Below, one piece after another: positions 19,825-28,932 of a stretch of 64,000 nt of DNA. This DNA is from Alphaproteobacteria bacterium (GTDB lineage: Bacteria; Pseudomonadota; Alphaproteobacteria; G965222575), in the NCBI GenBank assembly GCA_965222575.1, contig OZ244958.1:576001-640000 (forward strand), written 5' to 3'. The number at the start of each line of letters is the position of its first letter. Position 1 is the stretch's first letter. Made by a program: the position numbers and the translations under genes. The notes below the pieces were generated by a model. That model was not told where the DNA came from. It made no database searches and was given only the letters and a program-made list of their open reading frames with translations.

Positions 19825-20044
19825 TGGTGCGACACTTGATAATACGTATTATAAGACATTAGCGCGTAGTAGTCAATCTGTTGAACAATTAGGGAGTGCG
19901 CTGAAAGAGATTGAAAAGCGCTTCTTAGCAGCAAAGCTAATGGAGTCGAAAACAGAGCTTTCTGCGCTCACGAAAAAACAAAAGGACTCGGCAGTGGGAC
20001 ATTTTCATCTGTCTCTCCATACCTTGTTAATTTCTATGAACTGA
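19793..20044 (+). pseudogene. Tape-measure protein N-terminal fragment (copy B), interrupted by the right inverted repeat
   Basis: MSEVGRLGLVIGATLD followed by coiled coil; positioned after the tail chaperone. Confidence 0.6.
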
Positions 20045-20186
20045 AAGATTACCACAGCCAAGGAATGTGGTATTGACCGCTTCACACTGATGCTGGAGTG
20101 CTGGGTGGTCGTCTGCGGACAGGCACAATGGTAGGGCGGGTTACGGCCAACTGAAAGTCATAGGGACACTGGAAAAGAATTAGTAT

Positions 20187-21122
20187 TTACTGGTCCCAAT
20201 TTTCACGATGCACTTTACCAGTCTGATAGAATTCACGGACTGATTTTATATAATTCAAGAAGTCTCTATTCTCATTAGCCAAGCGATTGGCAATATTCCA
20301 GTCAATGTCATTGCGCTCTTTAGCCGGAATCATAATTTGGCTCTCTGATGGATTGTCAGCATTGAGCTTGATAACACCAATACCATGCAAACTGACCAGT
20401 ATACGAAGCTCTTTTAACGCTGCTTCTCTGATTCCAATGGCCACTAAATATCCAAAATTAGCCCATGAGGAATTGCTGACTGCTTGGAAAAAGACCTTTC
20501 GCACATTGGAGCGATCAATCCACTTTTTAACTTCAAAGGACCATAGTTTGGTCTTTTTATCTGCATACTGCTTCACACAATCCTTAATCTCACGGTGCCA
20601 ATCTTGGCTCAAATTTTCCATGCCTACCACATCTGGATAAAGCCACTCATTACCGCCAGCACCATGAGAGTTGCTGGAGTGTTTCTCATTAATACGCATG
20701 CTGTCAATTTTAAGCTTCTCCCGCAAAAACTTTCTTAAAATCGGGTAAAGATTGTGTTCTGTTATGACTACACCATTCGTAACAGCCGCGGATGTCGAAG
20801 CAGTGCTCTCTGCAAAGTCAATTTCGGCACTGTCACTTGATTCAGTATAGTAATATTTCCGAGGCCAACATTCAATCGTCTTGATTTCCGGGGGTCTCTC
20901 TCGAATGAGTAGAGAAGTTATTTCACCAGCAATCTGTCCAACCAGCGCATCATTATCACGATCACGCAGCTTTTCAGAACGATTTTTTTTTTGTTGACAA
21001 TCATCTGGATAGGTTTTGAATATCCAGTCCGCAATTTCACGAACAGTAAATTTCTGCTCGGGGTTTTGCTTTAAGCATTCAACAACTTTGTCCTTCAGTT
21101 TCAACTTAAATGCCTGTATCAA
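20187..21122 (-). CDS. COG2958/HrgA-like protein (N-terminal HTH plus PD-(D/E)xK-like domain)
   Basis: GGNEWLYPDVVG, LWSFEVK and FFQAVSNSSWANFGYLVA motifs. Confidence 0.8.
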   Translation of the reverse strand: MIQAFKLKLKDKVVECLKQNPEQKFTVREIADWIFKTYPDDCQQKKNRSEKLRDRDNDALVGQIAGEITSLLIRERPPEIKTIECWPRKYYYTESSDSAEIDFAESTASTSAAVTNGVVITEHNLYPILRKFLREKLKIDSMRINEKHSSNSHGAGGNEWLYPDVVGMENLSQDWHREIKDCVKQYADKKTKLWSFEVKKWIDRSNVRKVFFQAVSNSSWANFGYLVAIGIREAALKELRILVSLHGIGVIKLNADNPSESQIMIPAKERNDIDWNIANRLANENRDFLNYIKSVREFYQTGKVHRENWDQ

Positions 21123-21264
21123 TCTCTCTGTTTTTCTTTTGCATTCATTGTATCAGGAGCAAATAAAATCACAAGAAAAAAATGCGCTGGTATCACCCTC
21201 GGTGGTGGAGTAGGGGAGCGACCAACCCTGTGCCGGAAGACTGAACCCAGGGCGGTGATTTCTC

Positions 21265-22188
21265 TCATTCCGATAAGCACTGGTGGAAACTACGGGAGAG
21301 ATTGTTCAGCAAGTGAAAATACAATGCCTCCCCCTGCTCAAGCCTAGCCCCTAGTGGGTCAAGTGTGCCAATTCTCACCCCTGTGCCTTCTGTCACGACT
21401 CTAATGACTCGGTGGGAAAATTGCGGCTCCCGAAACACGCAAACAACACCTTTTTCCCGCAACTTCTTACGCACTTCCTTAAGATGCGCAGGAGACGCCA
21501 TAACATCCGCATCCACCAAAATAGACCCAACCCCTCTTAAACCATAAGCACGTTCAAAATACTGATAAGCGTCATGAAGCACAATAAAAGGCTTGTTTCT
21601 TACGCCCGCAAGCAACAAGTGTAACGCTGCCTCCAACCTCTCGCTTTTCTCAAAAAACACCCCCGCATTTTCTTCATAAAGAGAGCGATTTTCAGGATAA
21701 AGACCGCTTAGCTTCTCCGTAATCAATCTCACCATCCGTTTAGCATTTTCAGGGTCAAGCCAAAGATGCCAATCATAACGCCCTTGATGAGAAACATGCT
21801 CATGGACGTGTTGCCCTTGTTTGTTGCTGTCTTCCCATGGGCTACCTTGACGGGACGGCAGTAGTAAAACGTCTGCTTCTTGGGCTAAAGAAACGCTAGA
21901 CACCTGAGGGGGCAGTGTTTTTAAGGCCTGCGAAAGAAAGGTTTCTAAACGGGTATCAAGATAAAAAATAAGTGTGGCTTCCTGTAACGCCTTCAGTTGT
22001 GAAGGCTTAAACTGAAAGCCATGGGGTGAGGCCTCCCCGGACAGCAATAATGTCGCCTCCCCTGTCTTGCCCATAACACTCATTACCAACGAATGAAGAG
22101 GCTTCAGAGTCACAACAACTTCCCCTGCCGCTTTTGCGCTTCCTGTTAGAAAAAATACAACCCCTACAGAAAATACAAACTCTCTCAT
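21265..22188 (-). CDS. znuA: Zinc ABC transporter substrate-binding protein ZnuA (start refined to 22188)
   Basis: SPHGFQ, His-rich loop, DWHLWLDP and HDAYQYF motifs. Confidence 0.93.
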   Translation of the reverse strand: MREFVFSVGVVFFLTGSAKAAGEVVVTLKPLHSLVMSVMGKTGEATLLLSGEASPHGFQFKPSQLKALQEATLIFYLDTRLETFLSQALKTLPPQVSSVSLAQEADVLLLPSRQGSPWEDSNKQGQHVHEHVSHQGRYDWHLWLDPENAKRMVRLITEKLSGLYPENRSLYEENAGVFFEKSERLEAALHLLLAGVRNKPFIVLHDAYQYFERAYGLRGVGSILVDADVMASPAHLKEVRKKLREKGVVCVFREPQFSHRVIRVVTEGTGVRIGTLDPLGARLEQGEALYFHLLNNLSRSFHQCLSE

Positions 22189-22227
22189 TATCTCACCTTG
22201 AAAAAAATTAATCCTTGTGGAGATATT

Positions 22228-22253
22228 AATTGTTATGTTATAACATAACAATT
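22228..22253. promoter_or_regulatory. Zur box
   Basis: Perfect 26-bp palindrome AATTGTTATGTTATAACATAACAATT between divergent znuA and zur. Confidence 0.88.
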
Positions 22254-22281
22254 CCTTGTCAATGACTAAAATGACGGCAAT

Positions 22282-22746
22282 ATGCGCCTCTGTAGAACCC
22301 ACGAACATTGTATCAATAAAGCCTTGCGTCAAGCAGAACTCATCTGTGAGCGCTCGTCTCTTCGCTTAACCCCCTTAAGACGAAAAGTCTTAGTTATTAT
22401 CTGGGAAAACCACAAGCCCGCTAAAGCCTATGATATTTTGGATAAACTCAAAAGCCAAGAAACTGCAGCAAAACCTAGTACTGTTTACCGCGCCCTCAAT
22501 TTCCTCTTAGAAAGTGGCTTGATTCACAAATTGGAGGGCTTGAATGCTTATATAGGATGCTCTCACCCCTGCGCCCATCCTACCTGTTATTTTTTAATCT
22601 GTTCTTGTTGCGGAGACATTCAAGAATGCTGTCACAACCATTTAACAGACGCCATTGCTTCTACAGCTCATCAGTATGCCTTTCACTTACAGCACAGTAC
22701 TGTAGAGCTGAAAGGCACCTGTACTGACTGTGCCCAACATGCCTAA
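22282..22746 (+). CDS. zur: Zinc uptake regulator (Fur family)
   Basis: RLTPLRRKVL, AYDILD, TVYRALNFL and CxxC pairs. Confidence 0.92.
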   Translation: MRLCRTHEHCINKALRQAELICERSSLRLTPLRRKVLVIIWENHKPAKAYDILDKLKSQETAAKPSTVYRALNFLLESGLIHKLEGLNAYIGCSHPCAHPTCYFLICSCCGDIQECCHNHLTDAIASTAHQYAFHLQHSTVELKGTCTDCAQHA

Positions 22747-23476
22747 GGAGTCTGCACTCATTGTAGCGTCTCATCTTACTGTTACCCGCCGAGGGAAGAA
22801 TATTCTCAACGATGTCTCCCTTACTGTAGGGCAGAGGGATTTTGTTGCGATAGTTGGTCCTAATGGTGCTGGGAAATCCATGCTACTTAAGTGTCTGATA
22901 GGCTTATACCAACCGAATAAGGGGACGATTATACGGCAAAAAGCGTTAACAGTTGGCTATTTGCCCCAACGTCTTGTTCCTGAGTATGCAATGCCTATTA
23001 CCACAGAGCGATTCTTGCGTCTCCGTAGAAAAATTGATGCCACAGAACTTCATACTGTATCGTATGAAACGAACATAGAACATTTGTTGCGACAACCGCT
23101 TTCAGTCCTTTCAGGCGGAGAAGTACAACGTGTCTTGTTAGCGCGGAGTTTGCTTGTCAACCCGTCTTTGCTAGTGCTGGATGAACCGGTGCAAAATCTT
23201 GATATTGGAGGGCAGTTGGCTTTTTACAAACTACTGGAGCGGCTTTATCACAAGAGACGATTTAGTATTCTCATGGTGTCTCATGATTTGCATATGGTCA
23301 TGGCTTCTACCAAGCAAGTGATTGGTCTGTTTCATCATGTTTGCTGTTCCGGAAAGCCACAGGCTATCGCACAAGACCCAGCGTTCATTTCTCTCTTTGG
23401 CCGTGATATGGCGAAGATGATGGCGATTTACCAGCATGGTCATGACCATAGGCACGAGGGAGAATCAGGTGTTTGA
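22739..23476 (+). CDS. znuC: Zinc ABC transporter ATPase ZnuC
   Basis: GPNGAGKS, LSGGEVQRVLLAR, HVCCSG and His-rich tail. Confidence 0.93.
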   Translation: MPKESALIVASHLTVTRRGKNILNDVSLTVGQRDFVAIVGPNGAGKSMLLKCLIGLYQPNKGTIIRQKALTVGYLPQRLVPEYAMPITTERFLRLRRKIDATELHTVSYETNIEHLLRQPLSVLSGGEVQRVLLARSLLVNPSLLVLDEPVQNLDIGGQLAFYKLLERLYHKRRFSILMVSHDLHMVMASTKQVIGLFHHVCCSGKPQAIAQDPAFISLFGRDMAKMMAIYQHGHDHRHEGESGV

Positions 23477-24296
23477 GCCTTTCATTCTGCGCGCCTTAGC
23501 GGCTGGCATTGGAGTAGCAATGATTGCAGGCCCCATAGGCTGCTTTGTTGTCTGGAGGCGTATGGCGTACTTTGGGGATTCCCTAGCCCATAGTGCCTTG
23601 CTTGGTATTGCCTTGGGGCTAGCCACTGGTATGAGTATGAATGTTGGCATTGTCCTTGTGTGCCTTAGTTTCGCGTTGTTGTTTTTCTGGTTACAGCAAC
23701 AGGGCACACTGCATGTTGACACCTTACTAGGCATACTAGCCCATGCGGCTTTGTCTATTGGAATTGTTGCCATGAGTTTGCTGAACCAGCGGGTGGATTT
23801 ACACCTCTATCTTTTTGGAGACATTCTAACGGTGATGGCAACGGAAGTGTGGGGGATTGTTGTTGTTGGCGCTTTGGTGTTGGTATTATTGGCTTGGCAT
23901 TGGTCTTCTTTGGTGTTAATGAGTATCGATGAAGAGTTAGCACTAGCGGAAAAGGTTCCCACAAAGTTTCTACACCTGTTGCTAGTGGTTTTAATGACCG
24001 TTGTGGTCGCTGTGTCCGTTCGTGTTGTTGGCATTCTTCTGATTACTTCCCTGCTGATTATTCCTGCGGCTACTGCAAGAGGGTTGGTACGGTCTCCAGA
24101 AGTTATGGCGCTTGTTGCGACGCTACTTGGTATGAGCGCAGTTGTTGGGGGCATTTCCCTTTCTGTGATACTGGATACGCCCTCTTCGCCCTCCATTGTT
24201 GCTAGTGCTACTGTCCTGTTTTTTCTCCTCTTTCCCATCTCTAAGCTCCTGTCTTCTTTCACGCCAAGCAAACTTGACCGCTCTTTGCCTAGGTAA
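23469..24296 (+). CDS. znuB: Zinc ABC transporter permease ZnuB
   Basis: GCFVVWRRMAYFGDSLAH and YLFGDIL motifs. Confidence 0.94.
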   Translation: MFEPFILRALAAGIGVAMIAGPIGCFVVWRRMAYFGDSLAHSALLGIALGLATGMSMNVGIVLVCLSFALLFFWLQQQGTLHVDTLLGILAHAALSIGIVAMSLLNQRVDLHLYLFGDILTVMATEVWGIVVVGALVLVLLAWHWSSLVLMSIDEELALAEKVPTKFLHLLLVVLMTVVVAVSVRVVGILLITSLLIIPAATARGLVRSPEVMALVATLLGMSAVVGGISLSVILDTPSSPSIVASATVLFFLLFPISKLLSSFTPSKLDRSLPR

Positions 24297-24319
24297 AGGG
24301 TTGAGATTTCCCTTGCTTA

Positions 24320-25069
24320 TTAGTGTGCCTTGCTTAAAAGGTAGGCTATTGTCTCCTCTAAGCGTTTCTTGTCTTCCATGTCAGGCCAGAGATTGTCTTG
24401 TGCATATTGCAGGGGGGTTTTACCCCCTTTATCTTGTAGAGACATATTAGCACCTGCTTCTGCTAACACCACGACCACTTCCTTGTGTCCTTCAACGGCT
24501 GCCCTGTGTAGCGGGGTGCGCTTGTAGGAATTTTGTGTGTTGATATCCGCTCCTTGTTCTAACAAGAACACGATCACCTCTTTGTGTCCCTCTCCGCTTG
24601 CTAAATGAAGTGCTGTAAACCCGAATTGGTCTTGCCAATTAATAGAAGCCCCTGCTGTGAGGGCGGCGGCTAGCATCTTTTGATTGCCATGATGTCCTCC
24701 CCACCCTAATACCGCTTGACATCCTTCTTGCGTAAACTTACCACCTTGCAGAAAAATCTCCACCACTTCCGTCTGTTCGTATAAGGCTGCTAAAACTAGA
24801 GAGGTCATACCCCAGTATTCATCTTTTTGATGAAACGCCGCACCGGAGTCTAACAAAAATTTCACCATGTCCTTTTGTCCATTATAAGCGGCTAGGTGAA
24901 GAGCTGTCATTCCCTTCTCATTTGTTGCATTGATGGACGTGCCGCTTTGTATGAGCGATTTGAGTGTATTGAGGTCTCCATTTAGGGCTGCCTTGTGAAG
25001 AGGGGTGCATGTCCCATTGAGGGTGGTGAGTGCAACCGAGCAAACTAGTAGGCGTAACAGAAGAGGCAT
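24320..25069 (-). CDS. Secreted ankyrin-repeat protein
   Basis: Hydrophobic N-terminus followed by TPLHKAA, TALHLAA and TPLHRAA repeats. Confidence 0.92.
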   Translation of the reverse strand: MPLLLRLLVCSVALTTLNGTCTPLHKAALNGDLNTLKSLIQSGTSINATNEKGMTALHLAAYNGQKDMVKFLLDSGAAFHQKDEYWGMTSLVLAALYEQTEVVEIFLQGGKFTQEGCQAVLGWGGHHGNQKMLAAALTAGASINWQDQFGFTALHLASGEGHKEVIVFLLEQGADINTQNSYKRTPLHRAAVEGHKEVVVVLAEAGANMSLQDKGGKTPLQYAQDNLWPDMEDKKRLEETIAYLLSKAH

Positions 25070-25198
25070 AGAAGAAGGGGTGTGGGGGGGGGTGAGAGGA
25101 GACTATGTTCTTAAGTGTAAGGCAGTGTGAGGGGCAGGTCAATTCAGTTATGTGATGGCAAGATTTCTGGGTTTTCGTTTGCGGAGGATAGAGGCTGG

Positions 25199-28100
25199 TT
25201 AGGGTGGGTGCTGTGGGGCTTGGATTTTGCCCAGTTCTTTGAGGAGTGACCCTATTGTTTCTAGGGGATTTGAGTGTTTATAGTGTACTTTGTGCTGGTT
25301 GATTAAAGACAGGTGGGAGTGATTGTGGATAAAGGTTAGGACTTGCTTAGGGTTGATAAGATGGTCATGGGAGAAAATGATTTCAATAGGTCCGTTTTTG
25401 AGCTGCGTGAGATGGCTGACTGCGGCTTTTTTACAATGGATTCTTAGGGAAGTCATATGGAGTGTGCGTTCTTCTTTTTGCCCTAAGGGGCCGAAGCGGT
25501 CTATCATGGAGGCTCTGATGTCTGAGAGGTCTTGCTGTGTGTTAGCCATACTGAGAGAGCGGTAGAGGTGCAGTCGTGTTTGGATATCTTGAATATAGGA
25601 TTCTGGGATTGATAGGTCTCCTAGAGAGAGGGTTGGTGAGAGTTCTTCAGGGATGGTGTTGTTGTGTTGAGGGGAAGCTGGCAAGTTTTTGTTGTGAGTC
25701 ATTTTTTTCAGGGCTTGTTCCAGGAGGTACTGATAGAATTGAATACCGATGCTTTTAATGTGTCCCCACTGTTCTGTGCCTAAGAGGTTACCGGCACCGC
25801 GTATGTCCATGTCATAGTTTGCCAGTTGGAAACTAGAGCCTAACCCTTGTGCGGACTGTAAGGCTTCGAGACGGGCAAGGGCTGTTTTCCCTAGAGGATG
25901 GTTAGGCAGGATGATATAGCAGTATCCTTTTTTATCGCCCCGTCCTGCGCGTCCTCGTAGTTGGTATAGTTGTGCTAAGCCGAACAAGTGACTTGAGTGG
26001 ATAATTACTGTGTTCATGTTGGGGATATCTATGCCGGCTTCTACGATGGAGGTACAGACGAGGGCATGGATTTTGCGTTGTTGGAATTGCTCCATGGTGG
26101 TTTCGATGGTTTGGGACGGCATTTTTCCGTGGAGGCTTTTGACCTTCAGGGAAGGGGCAGCAGTTTTAATGAAGGTGAGTTGAGAGGGGATGTGTCGGAT
26201 TTTGGGACAGATATAGAAGATTTGTCCGCCGCGCAGGGCTTCGCGGTTCAGGGCTTCTTCTAGGAGGGGACTGCCTTCTCTAGCTAAAATTGTTCTCACG
26301 AATTGTCGTTTTGGCGGCGGCGTGTTGAGAAAGGAGAGCTCCCTCAGTCCTTCCATGGCCATTTTCAGTGTGCGGGGAAGCGGGGTGGCGGAGAGGGATA
26401 ACACATTGAGGCCTTTCTTGAGGCCTTTTAAGGCTTCTTTTTGCTCTAGTCCAAAGCGATGCTCTTCATCAATGATGAGGAGATTAAGCCTTTTGAGGCA
26501 TGGTATGGATAAGAGGCTGTGGGTGCTAATGAGAATATCGAGGTGTCCCTTTGCTAAGTCTTCTTTGGTTTTTTTCTGTTCTTTTGGCGTTTCGAATCGG
26601 CTGAGTTTTTGCAGGTGGAGGGGGAAGGGCTTCAAGCGCTGAACGAAGAGATTATAGTGCTGTTGACACAATAAGGTGGTGGGGGTGAGAAAGGCAACGC
26701 ATCCTCCGGATATGGCAACGGAGAAAGCGGCTTGCAGGGCGACTTCTGTTTTCCCAAAGCCTGTGTCTGCACAAAGTAGCCTGTCCATGGGGTAAGGCTT
26801 TTGGAGGTCTTGGAGAATGGTGTCAATGGCCGTTTTTTGGTCTGTTGTGAGCGGGTAGGGACAAAGGGACGCGAAGGTTTTACTCTCTTCAAGAGAAACA
26901 TTACAGCTAGCGCTTTGACAGGTTAATCGTTGTGCCTCTGTCTTGATGAGGGCGGAAGCCATCTCAAGCAGGCGTTTTTTCAGTTTGGTTTTTTTCGCTA
27001 AGAAATGATAGCTCCCAAGTTTGTCTAAAGACACCCGGCTCTCTTTGGTGCTATAGCGGTAAAGCAAATCCATGTTTTGTACTGGTACATACAGCCTATC
27101 ATTATCGCGGTAAGCCAGTTCAAGACAATCCACCTCTCTGCCTTCTATGGTGAGGGGTTTGAGTCCTCTGTATTGTCCTAAGCCATGGGAAGCGTGGACG
27201 AGATAGTCTCCTTGATGAAAGGTTTGAGCGGCTTCTATCAAGGAGAGTGAAGGTTTTGAAGAGGTGGTGGCGGCGGAAGGGGGGGGGATTCCTAGGATAT
27301 CCTGTGAGCTTAAGAGCAAAGAGGAGCGGAGGTTTAGGCTTTGTGGCAAGGGAGAGGAGGGGAGAAGGGCTAAGGGGGGAGGAGGGTCTTGAAGAGAGGA
27401 GATGATGGCGGGGGGGCGTCCTTTTTGAGTGAGCAAGCGGTGAAGTGTTTTTTGGTGACTTGAGTGGGCACAAAAGATTGTGATGGGTTTTTTTTGCGCT
27501 AGTGTGTTGAGAGTGTTTTGAAGGGTGCCTGTTGAGCGGGCAGTGGCGAATTCGGGCGTAGGCAAAAACGAGTAGGAGGGGATTTTTTTGCGGACAGGAA
27601 GAGTATGATAAAGACAAGTTGGGATATGTTGGAACCACCGCTCAGGGGGGGCGTAAAAATACGAGGGCGGTAAGAAGGGCGGGGTTTTGTCTTTATGATG
27701 GTCAAAAGCGTCTTGGTAATTTTTGAAGAAAGTGTGAATTGAAGCCTCTGTGTTGGCTTCCATGAGACAAAAATCAGGCTTCCAACTGTCATATAAAGGT
27801 TGTAGCCCCGCCCCCGCAGTTGCGCCGTAAAAAAGGGGCCAGTGACTAAGTGCCTCTAAGGGCTGTGCCCCTTCTGAAAGTGCGTGATAGAGAGTATTGT
27901 CTGTATTCTTGAGTCCGAACACTTGGCGATAGTGGTGACAGAAGTCTTGAGATTGACTGAAGGAAAAAGGCATAACAGAGGGAATGGTAAGCGATGTGAT
28001 CGCCTCTTTGCGCCGTTGGGTGTTGGGACAAAAGGTATGGAGACTCTCTAGTTGGGTATCAAAGAAATCTAGGCGCACAGGGGATTGATGGGGAGGAAAG

Positions 28101-28612
28101 AGGTCTAGGATGCTACCGCGTATACTGTATTGTCCCGGGGTAGTGACCACGCCTTTTGATTGGTATCCCCGCTCCTTGAGTGCTTGGGTGAGCTTGCGTA
28201 GAGATAAAGAGAATCCCTTTTTGAGAAAGAGAGGAGGGGGCAAGGGGGGGATATATTCTCCTATATGATAAGGTTCCACCACAAGCAGGTGGGGGGTATC
28301 CTGAGGGGGAGAGTGCTGTAAAATGGCATGGGTAGCGTATGTTTTGCTTAAGTATTCGGGGGAGGACGGTAAATAATCGTACAGGTGTTCGTCTTGGGCG
28401 GGTAAATAGTGTATCTGGCACGGGGGGACGAAGGCTTTAAGAAGAGAAAGGGACTGCTCAAGGGAGAAACAGGACGGGCGGACGAAGAGCAGGCGTTTGT
28501 ATTGGGAGAGGAGGGCTTTGCGTAAGAGCAAAAAGAGTCCGCTTGCAGGTTCTATGAAGACCTCTTTTGGCAAGTCATCACTTAGGGTGTTTGGCAAAAG
28601 AGCGGTTGACAT
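25199..28612 (-). CDS. mfd: Transcription-repair coupling factor Mfd
   Basis: UvrB-like region, CarD-like GDYLVHASHGLG, MDRLLCADTGFGKTEVA, GLAQLYQLRGRAGR and TRCF C-terminus. Confidence 0.95.
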   Translation of the reverse strand: MSTALLPNTLSDDLPKEVFIEPASGLFLLLRKALLSQYKRLLFVRPSCFSLEQSLSLLKAFVPPCQIHYLPAQDEHLYDYLPSSPEYLSKTYATHAILQHSPPQDTPHLLVVEPYHIGEYIPPLPPPLFLKKGFSLSLRKLTQALKERGYQSKGVVTTPGQYSIRGSILDLFPPHQSPVRLDFFDTQLESLHTFCPNTQRRKEAITSLTIPSVMPFSFSQSQDFCHHYRQVFGLKNTDNTLYHALSEGAQPLEALSHWPLFYGATAGAGLQPLYDSWKPDFCLMEANTEASIHTFFKNYQDAFDHHKDKTPPFLPPSYFYAPPERWFQHIPTCLYHTLPVRKKIPSYSFLPTPEFATARSTGTLQNTLNTLAQKKPITIFCAHSSHQKTLHRLLTQKGRPPAIISSLQDPPPPLALLPSSPLPQSLNLRSSLLLSSQDILGIPPPSAATTSSKPSLSLIEAAQTFHQGDYLVHASHGLGQYRGLKPLTIEGREVDCLELAYRDNDRLYVPVQNMDLLYRYSTKESRVSLDKLGSYHFLAKKTKLKKRLLEMASALIKTEAQRLTCQSASCNVSLEESKTFASLCPYPLTTDQKTAIDTILQDLQKPYPMDRLLCADTGFGKTEVALQAAFSVAISGGCVAFLTPTTLLCQQHYNLFVQRLKPFPLHLQKLSRFETPKEQKKTKEDLAKGHLDILISTHSLLSIPCLKRLNLLIIDEEHRFGLEQKEALKGLKKGLNVLSLSATPLPRTLKMAMEGLRELSFLNTPPPKRQFVRTILAREGSPLLEEALNREALRGGQIFYICPKIRHIPSQLTFIKTAAPSLKVKSLHGKMPSQTIETTMEQFQQRKIHALVCTSIVEAGIDIPNMNTVIIHSSHLFGLAQLYQLRGRAGRGDKKGYCYIILPNHPLGKTALARLEALQSAQGLGSSFQLANYDMDIRGAGNLLGTEQWGHIKSIGIQFYQYLLEQALKKMTHNKNLPASPQHNNTIPEELSPTLSLGDLSIPESYIQDIQTRLHLYRSLSMANTQQDLSDIRASMIDRFGPLGQKEERTLHMTSLRIHCKKAAVSHLTQLKNGPIEIIFSHDHLINPKQVLTFIHNHSHLSLINQHKVHYKHSNPLETIGSLLKELGKIQAPQHPP

Positions 28613-28874
28613 AATGTTTGAGAGAGAGTAACAGGAGATTATTTTTCAACGGCGGCTGGTCATCCTTTGAGGGGAGAGAGAGCAGCCAGTTGTATAAAAC
28701 AGGAGAAGGGAGAGAGAGGATATCTTCAAAGTCTTGTAGTTCTGTTTCCTTTAGGGTTTGTAGGTAGGCTTGGGCGAATTGCCCTAGTATGAGGTCTGTT
28801 TCTTTCATGGCGGTGTGATGGGCTCTGTAGAAGAGTCTTTTTCGTCTGAAAAAATCTCGTTTGGTCTTTGACAC
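28578..28874 (-). CDS. sdhE: Succinate dehydrogenase flavinylation factor SdhE
   Basis: RKRLFYRAHHTAMKETDLILG (variant of RGxxE); upstream of mfd as in Alphaproteobacteria. Confidence 0.8.
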   Translation of the reverse strand: MSKTKRDFFRRKRLFYRAHHTAMKETDLILGQFAQAYLQTLKETELQDFEDILSLPSPVLYNWLLSLPSKDDQPPLKNNLLLLSLKHYVNRSFAKHPK

Positions 28875-28932
28875 TTTTTAGGAGTACACTTTGAAGGAAA
28901 ATGTGTCTTTTCAGGAGGTGATGTATTATAGC

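Larger units (their letters stand above)
16974..20021. mobile_element. ~3 kb block bracketed by 25-bp IS-like inverted repeats; carries phage remnants, no transposase
   Basis: Left end TGTGGAGAGACGGATGAAAATGTCC (16974-16998); right end reverse complement TATGGAGAGACAGATGAAAATGTCC (19997-20021); 23/25 identical. Confidence 0.65.

Noticed and set aside
16960-21200. Intact prophage
   Set aside because: No integrase, capsid, terminase or full-length tail genes; only fragments
21191-21262. GC-rich dyad resembling a tRNA/tmRNA 3' end or att site
   Set aside because: Only ~8 bp matches tRNA-Ala, in inverted orientation; no cloverleaf and no SRP motif
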